Positions 53,482 through 64,000 of a DNA stretch of 64,000 nucleotides are shown here, one piece after another (the first letter of the stretch is position 1; each line of letters opens with the position of its first letter). The notes under the pieces are model-generated. The model was not told the DNA's origin. It searched no databases and saw only the letters and a list, made by a program, of their open reading frames with translations. Origin of the DNA: Antedon mediterranea (taxonomy: Eukaryota; Animalia; Echinodermata); contig NC_092673.1 in assembly GCF_964355755.1 (NCBI RefSeq), forward strand, positions 7,750,001 to 7,814,000, read 5' to 3'. Made by a program: the position numbers and the translations under genes.

Positions 53482-53612
53482 AACATTAAATTAAGGTTTA
53501 ATACTGTTCTACGACTCGCACTAAAATAATTTCCGTAATAATTTCAAAAAATATTACAGAAATTATTTTAGTGTGAGTGTCGTAGAACAGTATTAAACCT
53601 TAATTTAATGTT
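53482..53612. repeat. Near-perfect inverted repeat (about 59-bp arms, 11-nt loop)
   Basis: aacattaaattaaggtttaatactgttctacgac pairs perfectly (34 bp) with 53579-53612. The inner part has a 2-nt indel and two mismatches. Confidence 0.92.
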
Positions 53613-56600
53613 TGCGACCGATATGTATAAATCTCTTCATTTATGTTGCATAACATTTATTTTGAAAAGAAAAATGTCATTGTTTTCTATTACTGTACAT
53701 TCCAAATTTAAGTTAGTGGGGTTTATATTGATCAAACTTGCTTAGCAAAAAAATCGTTTTAACCTTGTTCTCAATGATTAAGTCAGTAAATGCGCAGAAT
53801 CTAAGGTAAATTATTACAAATCTGATGACGTACCACCAACCAATCCACCAATGAGAGATAGTGTATTGACTTTCTCCTCTGTCTCAGAATTTTTAGCTGC
53901 AAATCAGAAAAAAAAACATCCCCAATTAAAAATATTTCCATTGAACATGGATAAACACGATAAATGATATAATAACCCATGGTGGTGTTTATAACATTTA
54001 TTTATTTTAATTAATTATTTCTTATTTCTGTATAAACACATAAATATACTATTGATATAAAATTTGCGGTACACCAAGTACAGTATATTAGTTCTGAAAA
54101 GAACTGTTGAGTTTCTCGGCATTTCAATCAATATGCTTTGATTGTCCTCAGGAGTGAGAATGATCAAAACATCAAGACACTCAATAGTTCTTATTTATTT
54201 ATTATTTCTGTTTAAACACAAAGTAAGTCAATTATGTTGATTTATTATTTATTTATTATTTCTATATAAACACAAAGATGCTAAAATTAAGTTGATTATG
54301 TATTTTGTTTACAAAAATGTATATATTATTTACTTATTGTTTCTATAAACACAAGAGGTGCTAAGATAAAAAATATAAAATAAAAAACAAAAAACAAATC
54401 AACAAAAGTTACTTTTCAAAATTATAAATTAGGGATATTTGTTAAAAGATAATTATAACTGAACTAAATTAAAGTTGGTTGTTGTGTCAATCATTATTAC
54501 AAGCAATAGTTTATTTTAACTTTCAGTATGCCCTGTCTTATTTTTCTGTGTTGTTTTTGAAACCCGTTTATTTTGTTTATACATTTGTGCTGTCCTTGTT
54601 TTGAAATGAATAAGTGAAATAAAAAATGTGTATATAATATTATTGAAATGTTTGTAAAAAAATGCAGAAACAAACGCAAATATGCTTCCAAAACCTGATA
54701 GATTAGGTAAATGCTAAAAGAAATATATTTAATATGAGCGCTGTTAGTTAGCCGACATGGAGACCCAGGAAGACTCAATAAACAAATGACATGGCATTTT
54801 CCCCAATCCATTTTCCGTGTAGGAGACTGTAATGCTCGTTGCACGCCAATTCATCTTTTATCAAAGTATATTTTAAGTAGCGATCAACAAACGTTGATGA
54901 ATATTAGTGTAGAGACAAAATAGAAACGATGGCGCTTAAGTTAAATAAAACAATTTGTTGTAGTAAGGTTTACATTAGTTTTTTAGGAACTACTATAAAC
55001 AGTAATGTTGCAAAAATATACCATATTTATTCGATTAAATGCCCTACATTTATTTGAGGGAGGTGTTAAATTTGGTGTGAGGTGTTAGATGTTAATGTGT
55101 AGTATAATCAAATAAAAATTAATCAAGAAGTGATAAAATACAGTAAAAATTGTTACAATACAAGATTGTGTAATGCTTGTGGTAGGGCGTTTATTCATTA
55201 TTCAAAGAAAAAAAAAGTCCTATACGTTTATTCTAAACGATGTTCAATTGGGGAGGGGTGCATTTATTGAAGAGAGGCATTTCTTTTATATTAACTCGGG
55301 ATCTTCAATCAGTAAAACAGATGAATTGACATATTCCTTACAGTTACAGTCTTTATCATTAAAGTAAATTAAATATAAGCAATTTTTATTCTATTTTCAT
55401 TTTTTTATACAGTAATGTAATTGCCTTTTTTTTTTGGTGTAATTTATATAATTTACTTTTCAGGTCTGTATAATGTAAATCAAGTGACAATCAAAAATAT
55501 TTTTGTAGCTCTCTAATAATTTACAAATTAATTTGTTAAGTTAAGTTCTTCAAAATGTATGTTTTTTAAAAATATTATTGTCACTTGGGCACTTGATCTA
55601 AACATACTGTTAGGCAAAAAGATGATAATTATAAAATTCACCCCTATTCTTTATAATTTCCAAAAAAATGTCAGTCTCAAATTATTCTAATCATTTTTTT
55701 ATTATGTAATTTCAATGAATGATTGTTACAGTCTAACACACGAGACAAGTTAGGCATGGGAAATTTATTTGATTAAAAATACAGCCGGAGTTGTTTTACC
55801 CAGATCTCAAGTCATATCTGGAACCTTTTCAACTCATAGGACATTTATTACAAATGTCAGACACAAATTGACGCAAGCTACCACAAAAACTTGTGATTCA
55901 CTCATTACACTCGCAATCAATTTATTTAAACAATTAAGAGTGACTGATTACTGTAGTTAGATGCTGTTATATCCCATAATAATAGCTGTTCATTCTGTTT
56001 ACAAGTGCTTCCCCAGGGTAATGTTAAGAAATGCTTTGATAATTATAGAAGTTTCTTAGGAAAATGAAGGCAAACATTATAATTATTAATTATATATAGC
56101 CATAAGATGACATTAATTGTTTTTCTTATATTTTTTTTTACTGTAATGAATGTTTTTTTCAAGTTTTGTTAATTTATCTCCTATGAAGTAGAAATGAAAC
56201 AGCCTTGTTAAAATATGGGAATGTTGTGAATAGATGATTTATAAAAAAAAACATATTAAAGGTTAAAAATATGTTTGTATACCTGTATCCTATTATAGAT
56301 GATTTTAAAAAACAAAAGAAAGACTAGAGATAGAAAAATAAAATAAAAACATTGTGCAGATAAATCTGGGATGAAACCCAAAACAAACAAAACTATTATT
56401 TAGAAATTGACTTCCTTTCATTATTACTTATTTTAGTCCTATATTTTAAGATACCACATTCTTTCTCCTTTTAAATAATTTGTTTCTTTTCTCTCCTTTT
56501 TCTTATTTTGTAATCATATTTGTTTTAATGGCATACTGTACATCCCTATTTACAGCTGCAAGCAGGCAATATCTGTATATTATGTTTTTTTAAATGCAAG

Positions 56601-57869
56601 TTTATGTCATTTAGTTTCCACCATCAAAAAGATAGAATGGGTCTCTAGCTTACAACGATTCTTTTGGTACAGTAGTAGGTTTGATCAGAGAAGAATTAAT
56701 TTAACTACTCGCTGGTTTGATTTTCTAACTTCTAGTTTTATACAGAAACATTTTGGCTACGTAATATAACAAGATGTAACGTAACATCTGATTTTGCCTT
56801 AAGAATTATAGTAGGCATGTTAAGGAGCATATTTTAGGCAAATCCTTCAAATTGTGATAACATTTTGAAACTTTGCACAGTTATTCATTAGGGTGTCAAA
56901 AATATGAAATGGAAGGGTTGCACAAAATTTGGTCAGGGGAAAGCCGCCATTTTGGATTTCAAAATGGCTGACCTCAAATTTTCACTTGTCAGGTATATCT
57001 CTGCTAAAGAGGCACCTAGAGTTCTGATTTTACCTGCAAAATATATGGTAGTGGGGTCACCAAACATATTGGTATAATTAACATTTGATTGCATGGCGGC
57101 CATGTTGGATTTCAAAATGGCGGACTTCAAATTTTCACTTTTCAGGTATATCTCTGCTAAAAAGGCACCTAGAATTGTGATTTTAGGTGCAAATTATAAT
57201 TATGGTAATGGGGTCACCAAACATATTGGTATAACTAACATTTTAATTGCATGGCGGCCATGTTGGATTTCAAAATGGCGGACCCCAATAACTTTTCAGG
57301 TATATCTCTGCTAAAAAGGTACACAGTGCTCTGATTTTAGATGCAAATTATATGATAATGGGTCACCAAACATATTGGTATAATTAACATTTGATTGCAT
57401 GGCGGCCATGTTGGATTTCAAAATGGCGGACTTCAAATTTTCACTTTTCAGGTATATCTCTGCTAAAAAGGCACCTAGAATTGTGATTTTAGGTGCAAAT
57501 TATAATTATGGTAATGGGGTCACCAAACATATTGGTATAACTAACATTTTAATTGCATGGCGGCCATGTTGGATTTCAAAATGGCGGACCCCAATAACTT
57601 TTCAGGTATATCTCTGCTAAAAAGGTACACAGTGCTCTGATTTTAGGTGCAAATTATATGGTAATGGGTCACCAAATATATTGCTATTTAACTAACATTT
57701 TGATTGCATGGCGGCCATTTTGAATTTCAAAATGGCAAGCTCAAAATGTTTCAGTACGGTACCTACAGTTATAATTTTAGGTACAAAGTATAATATGGTA
57801 TTGAGGTCAATAAACATATTGGTATAACGTCTTTGATTGCATGTCGGCCATTTTGAATGTAGCTCAAAC

Positions 57870-58861
57870 CTGGTAACCACACAGCTCTGTACGTCATAAA
57901 TCACTCTTTCTGCATTTACAGCGTCCAAGATCACAGTCGTTGTGTCACAGCGATTTGTGACATCTGAAAGTTCCGGCAATGAACTCCAAACTGGACTAAA
58001 TTTGTTGCCGTCCTTCCTCCATCCCCAGTTTGCTGGGTCCTGTTCAACCCTGAATGCATCTAGACAGTTGTACCACTTTCTGGCTTGTAGAAAAGACCGT
58101 TTCACATGTTCTCTTAATGCCGCAGATGTTGGGGGGATATTTTCAATAGTTTGTAGTGAAAAGATATCGTCTTGCATCATTTACCTTCTTTCTACATAGT
58201 TACAACAAACTGTTCTAGATAATCTGTGTCACTAACATCCCCTACAGACAATGACATCGTCTCAAATTCCTTTCCTTGAACAGATGAAGTTGTATCACAA
58301 CTGCTAAAGGAATGAAAGAACAAGTAAGCGGCTGATGCTTGTGATCCAAGAGAAGTAATCTTGTGTATTGAGATATACTTCAAGTGCTTCCCCACTCCAA
58401 ACTCGATCCAAACCTCGTGGATGCCAGGTATTCTGTGGAAAGTTGACAATGAAATAACCACAACATCACTGTCTACAGTCTTGACAAGAATGCGCGGACA
58501 AATTTTAGCGGCATGTTTAACATGAACAAACATACGTTCATCTGCCTCTTCTATGTTACATGGCATCAGCGGTTTTATATTTACAGACTGGTTTGTTACA
58601 GCTCTGTCTCTCAGAGACCCTACAAACATTCCGTGATTTGTGTCAATGTTCTCTACTACTTCAGTTACAATTAATGAAACAACTCTGATTTGTTGTCATC
58701 ATATCTCGAATATGTGGTCAAATTGTTGGGCATGCTCCCACTGGCTTTGACGCCCCTCCTTACACCAGAGCCGCGGTTTGAACGCGTACTAGACTTTAAA
58801 CCGTCGTTAAAGTATCTATCGAAAACCAAATCTGGTCACGTCACTGATCGAAGTTGATGGT
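57870..58861 (-). pseudogene. Degraded Academ ORF C-terminus: XPG-like nuclease plus Cys-rich zinc finger
   Basis: VFDRY, PCNIEEADERMFVH, VKTVDSDVVV, FFHSFSSCDTTS, IPPTSAALREHVKRS..Q...W, WGW. A shifted frame gives CDLGRCKCRKSDL*RTELC. Frameshifts and a stop are present. Confidence 0.82.
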
Positions 58862-58869
58862 CTATATAT

Positions 58870-59375
58870 GGTTGTACGACAAAATGAAGCACCATTAGTT
58901 GCTGCCAAGGTGTTAGATGGACCAGCAATAATCAATATGTTAAGGCCCAATGATTCGAAGACATTCATTGAGTATATATCAAGTGTCATACAACCATCAA
59001 CTTCGATCAGTGACACGACTAGATTTGTTTTTCGATAGATACTTTAACGACAGTTTAAAGTCTGGTACGCGTTCAAACCGCGTCTCTGGTGTAAGGAGGG
59101 TCGTTAAAGCCAGCGGGAGCTTGCCCAACAATTGGACCACATTTTTTAGATTTGATGACAACAAATCAGAGTTGTTTTCATTTATTGTAACTGAAGTAGT
59201 AGAGAACATTGGCACAAATCACGGAATGTTTGTAGGGTCTTTGGGGAGACAGAGCTGTAACAAACCAGTAAATATACAATCGCTGATGCCATGTAACATA
59301 GAAGAGGCAGATGAACGTATGTTTGTTCACGTTAAACTTGCCGCTGAAATTTTCCACGCATTGTACTGGACTGTA
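58870..59375 (+). pseudogene. Second, inverted and deleted copy of the Academ XPG-like region
   Basis: AKVLDGPAIINMLRP..KTF.EY, then after a frameshift RLDLFFDRY..SLKSGTRSNR..NWTTF..NKSELF..CNIEEADERMFVH. Confidence 0.82.
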
Positions 59376-60427
59376 GAGCTACATTCAAAATGGCCGCCAT
59401 GCAATCAAAGACGTTATACCAATATGTTTGTTGACCTCAATACTATATTATACTTTGTACCTAAAATTATAACTGTAGGTACCGTACTGAAACATTTTGA
59501 GTTCGCCATTTTGAAATTCAAAATGGCCGCCATGCAATAAAAATGTCAGTTAAATACCAATATGTTTGGTTACCCATTACCATATAATTGGCACCTAAAA
59601 TCAAAACTCTGTGTACCTTTTTAGCAGAGATACCTGAAAAGTGAAAATTTGAAGTCCGCCATTCTGAAATCCAAAATGGCCGCCATGCACTCAAAATGTT
59701 AGTTATACCAATATGTTTGGTGACCCCATTAACATATAATTTGCACCTAAAATCAGAACTCTAGGTGCCTTTTTAGCAGAGATATGCCTGAAAAATGAAA
59801 ATTTGAAATCTGCCATTTTGAAATCCAACATGGCCGCCATGGAATCAAAATGTTAGTTATACCAGTATGTTTGGTGACCCCACTACCATATAATTTGCCC
59901 CTAAAATCAGAACTCTAGGTGCCTCTTTAGCAGAGATATACCTAAAAAGTGAAAATTTGAAGTCCGCCATTTTGAAATCTAAAATGGCCGCCATGCAATT
60001 AAAATGTTAGTTATACCAATATCTTTGTTGACCCCATTACCATATAATTTGCACCTAAATTCAGAACTCTAGGTGCCTATTTAGCAGAGATATACCTGAA
60101 AAGTGAAAAATTTGGGTCCGCCATTTTGAAATCCAAAATGGCGGCTTTCCCCTGACCAAATTTTGTGCAACCCTTCCATTTCATATTTTTGACACCCTAG
60201 TGAATAACTGTGCAAAGTTTCAGAATGTTATCACAATTTGAAGGATTGGGTCACTTAACAGGCCTACTATTACATATTTAATGAGGGATTATTATATTAT
60301 CTCAATTGAAATGAATACCAGATTCTCAGTGCTGTATCTCCACAAACAACAATATTTCCCCGGTACCATAGTAAAACTCTGTACCTCATCTCATATGGTT
60401 TGTTTATCATGTATTAGATTAGGTTAA

Positions 60428-60581
60428 TGCTTGGTTCCCAGTACAAACGCAACGCAAGGATGTAAGCGCAACATGATATGACCAATCACAAGCAATGGAT
60501 TATTCAAACTTTCACTTGTCATTGGTCAACTCTCTTGCATTGAATACATCCTTGAGTTGCGTCTTCAGTGCAAACCAAGCT
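60428..60581. mobile_element. Decayed copy of the 32130 MITE
   Basis: gcttggttccca...tgaccaatca.aagc.atgg.ttattc...cttgtcattggt...aaaccaagct. Confidence 0.8.
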
Positions 60582-60868
60582 TATTACAGTATGTTATGGT
60601 CTATGATACCTGTGAAACACACGTGATGCTGTATTAAGGAACTTTACTACGATACTGGCCAATCTGCTACTAGTCTTACCTATAAGTTTGATTTGCTGTG
60701 TTAGATACAAATCCGTATTAGCTTCAAGTTCCTTCAATCCTTTAGAAGTTTGTAAAATAGTATCAACCTATAGAGGGAAACAAACATATTTTTTAGTAGT
60801 AAAAATATTTTGTAAATCTTCTGTTCATATGATACACAGAAAAGTGGTCGCAAATTGCGAGTGGTTAA

Positions 60869-61120
60869 AGACGTACTTCCCAGCATTGTTTGGTATTTTG
60901 TAAAAATAATGCATATTACTTCAAAAAACATTAAACCATATCATTCCTTGTCTTAAATTTCTATGCTTAATTATGATAAAAAAGGACAAACAATGCTAAG
61001 TAGCTTGCATCATATATTAGGCCTACTGTAGCCTGCTGTTACAGTAGTTTTGTAGGCATAGCTGGTAAAACAGCGGCAACGTATGAACATAGTACGGTAG
61101 CTATAGACCTGACATTGTCT
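60869..61120. mobile_element. Partial copy of the 10578-11442 element (empty-site version)
   Basis: ttaa|agacgtacttccc start. Shares ttttgtaaaaataat, aaaacattaaacca..tcattcc.tgtcttaa, aattatgataaaaaa and tatgaacat.gtac..tagct. Confidence 0.7.
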
Positions 61121-61631
61121 AATTATATTACTGAAATAATTAAGTCTTTCTTGAGATTCAAACTCAGAACCTTCTGCTTGATATGCCTAACCAATAGACC
61201 ACTAGGACTTTCATTTTTCAACTGGATAGAGACTCTTTAACACCATTTCTTATTATATTATATTTATTTATCACTCTTTTAGATAAAAAAGATTCATCAG
61301 TTCTGAACTTATGAGTGAATGGATTTCTATAACATTATTTAAAAGAAATAAAATCTTTTTAAAAATTTGTTTTACAGCCTGGTTTCAATTTCAATATTTA
61401 ATGAAGCCAACCCCAGAAAAAATCGCCTGAGGGCGACCAACAGGTGTTGGAGCCTGGTCTTCCGTTTTAAAACGAAATGCAAATGTACTTAAATTGATAA
61501 GCCATTAACTTTTAACATTGTAAATTGAATTATAAATTAAATTGTATACAAAATAAAAGGAGAATAATAAATTGGAATTCTATGTCTACAAATATACAGT
61601 ATATATCGCTATCAAATCAAGTACTATGAAA

Positions 61632-61704
61632 GCCCCAGTGGTCTAATGGTTAGGACATCTGCATATCAAGCAGAAGGTTCTGGGTTCAAATCTCGGTTGG
61701 GGGG
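61632..61704 (+). mobile_element. tRNA-Asp-like SINE head or tRNA pseudogene (ATC anticodon)
   Basis: Folds by hand into a cloverleaf: D stem GTCT/GGAC, anticodon stem TCTGC/GCAGA, T loop TTCAAAT, 1:72 mismatch. Decayed inverted copy at 61151-61209. Confidence 0.7.
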
Positions 61705-61808
61705 ACGTTTTCTCATTCTCACAGATTTACTTATTTTTATTGTTTCAAATTAATTCATTTTCAGTATATCAAATGGGGATTTAGAATTTATTCAGTGTCT
61801 GCGATTTT

Positions 61809-62009
61809 TATTTAATGAGGGTGATCCATCATTAGGGACCCTCAGAGGTTCACAAGACAAACATATACACAAGATGCTCTACATAAACAAAGTCTAATTA
61901 CAAGTCTTTGGGAGTGGAGTTGTAACTTTATCCTGACATATGACGGGACTCGAACCCTGGACTCTTGTAGTGGTAGTCAAGCATCATAACTACCAAGCCA
62001 CAACTCCAC
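61809..62009 (-). mobile_element. tRNA-derived SINE, family A
   Basis: Reverse complement of 21604-21826, including the tail aacctctgagggtccctaatgat..gga.caccctcattaaata. Confidence 0.9.
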
Positions 62010-64000
62010 CCTTTATATGTATAATATTAATGTTTCCTGTAAAAGGTTTTTTTTTATTTAAGCCTGTGTGTTGGCCACTAACCTATGAGAGTGATGGTGA
62101 TCAGGCCTAAAAACATTATACTGTGTATTTCAAATAACAAGTTTATTTTCTCCAGAAATCATTGACTTCTGGTATTGTTATTAATTGTTATTTTAATAAT
62201 GTAATTCAACAATGTTTACTTTGTTGCAATACTGAATTTGAATTTTCATTCAGTTCACATTTGTATCCCCAACTCTCGTATTTTTATTTATTTTCTACTG
62301 TATATGATTGTAATTTTAGTTTTCTTAATTAATGTCTACATTTGGCAATAAAATAATATGGAAAAAACATCAAACTTAAGTATTGAGATCCTATATATTG
62401 TCATACGCACACATGGTAATATAAAAATACTGACTGCATGCAAAAAGTGAAACAATAAACTGACAGAAATACATACAAAAGTTGATATGGTATAAATTAG
62501 AAAACTGGGATCCCAATGACTGCCATGAATATTATACTCATAAATGAGTTGATAAGATTGTATAATAACAATTCAGTGAAATTATTTACACTTCATGGGC
62601 TCTAACAAATAAATATTGGCACACCTTTGTTTAATATCATAAATTCCTTAAAATATCTCCAATAAATACTGTGTGATAATATATGTTGCAATGACATAAG
62701 AAGCCTAATAATATATCCTACTGTAGTAAATTGAGGCCTTTCTGATAACTATTCATCACACACCTATGTCCAAGTAGCAAGTGAATATGCACACCTGTGT
62801 TTCTATTGATCACATGCAAATTAAGTCATTGTTAGTTAGTAACATTATGATCTTGCACTTGCTCTGCTATCCTCTAATTGGCTAGAGAAAGTTACTTGAT
62901 ATTTGAATATTCATTAACAGTTTGGTAACATTTTTCTGTGTAGGTAAACATACTGTACTTAAGAAATACTATTTGTGAACTACACTATGAAGGGGACACA
63001 TCTGTTCAAGGGACACCACACTTACTACTCAATATTTATCAAAGTAATCCTTTTATTAATTAATTAGCTCTTTTACCTGTTTGATGGACCTTTTCTACAT
63101 AATTTTAAACTTGATAATAATTTTCATATTTATTTAAATGAATTAAAATAAATATTTTCCATATAAGTGAAAGCTTAGTATAATTAAATAACCAATTGAA
63201 TAATTTAGTCATTTGAAAGTATAAAGTAGTAAAAGTTATCTCTGTCATGTCATTTACTTTTTATACTGAAAATGTCTAACTTTCTCAAAAACAACATATC
63301 TTGTAAATTACACTAGTCATTTGACAGATGAACCATTTTAAAGTGTAAGAGTTTGAAAGTTTCTATTCGGAGCACACAAAGCATAAACATTAAAGCATTC
63401 CAATCCATTTTACTAAGCCTCATAGATGATTTATTTTTGGATTGATTACAGATACGATATATCCATGCTAATGCAGTTCAAACCCAGGCCAGAGACGTCA
63501 CACTTAGGTAGCAATAGCTTAGAGGTTTTCATCTTCATAAGCTGGGTACGGGTAAAACGTCTCAACATTGTTGTCTTTACGAAATAACTAATTTTCTATC
63601 TATTTAGAGTTTTGAGAATAAATCCAACGATCAATGAGGACGTTACCCTCGCTTTGAGGTAAATTCTCTACGACATTCAGCGCACGCACCGGACAGTGGC
63701 CGACTTGATTTAGATGTTCAACTAATATGAACAGTTAGCATCAATATTGTATAATAATATAAATCTCATCAGTGAATTTATAGTAATAAAATGTAAAGTA
63801 GAGATAGGATTATGCGAGCATTTGTTGGTTTGTTCTAACGACTTGTAATTTTATGTCTGTTGAGAAACGATTCAATTTTTTCCTGTTACATTTGGCTTTT
63901 AAGAGCAACGTATCAAAACCTTAAGACGGATTAAGCATTAATGCTATGTCATTAATATGACTCCACCCAAAGGATTAATTTAGAAAACATAACAGCTAGA

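Larger units (their letters stand above)
56809..60269. mobile_element. Academ (AcademX-type) DNA transposon, non-autonomous foldback derivative
   Basis: Termini TAGTAGGC...GCCTACTA with TTA on both flanks (56806-56808, 60270-60272). Long TIRs with about 153-bp subterminal tandem repeats, and internal XPG/FEN-like and Cys-rich coding relics. Confidence 0.85.

Noticed and set aside
57093-57620. Duplicated 73-aa ORFs (MAAMLDFKMAD...) as genes
   Set aside because: They are translations of the transposon subterminal repeat ggcggccatgttggatttcaaaatggcg.
58192-58629. Host FEN1/XPG/EXO1 repair gene
   Set aside because: Intronless, frameshifted, enclosed by TIRs and a TSD, and the motif set is Academ-type.
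61632-61704. Functional tRNA gene
   Set aside because: ATC anticodon, 1:72 mismatch, several G-U pairs and a decayed paralog nearby favour a SINE head or pseudogene.
1-64000. Remaining short F/L/I/K-rich ORFs in the track
   Set aside because: Composition is typical of chance ORFs in AT-rich non-coding DNA, and many begin at non-ATG codons.

Overview
AT-rich (about 30% GC by eye) intron-containing animal genomic DNA, not prokaryotic. An invertebrate deuterostome such as an echinoderm is my inference from the repeat repertoire and the vertebrate-like exon layout. The only host gene I can support is the 3' portion of MAPKAP1/SIN1 (mTORC2 subunit) on the + strand: eight GT-AG exons from 1188 to 32692 that splice in frame and give the CRIM, Ras-binding and PH regions. 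Its 5' exons lie upstream of the window. The rest is intronic or intergenic and rich in transposon relics: TTAA-flanked (Kolobok-like) and TWA-flanked (PIF/Harbinger-like) MITEs, tRNA-derived SINEs, CR1/L2-type LINE fragments, two minisatellites, and a 3.46-kb Academ-type DNA transposon rearranged into a giant foldback (56809-60269). Almost all ORFs in the track are spurious or repeat-derived. I see no convincing new biological system. The best leads are the foldback Academ, SINE 3'-tail swapping, a degenerate minimal hammerhead-like motif, a candidate alternative SIN1 exon and nested insertions with reconstructable empty sites.
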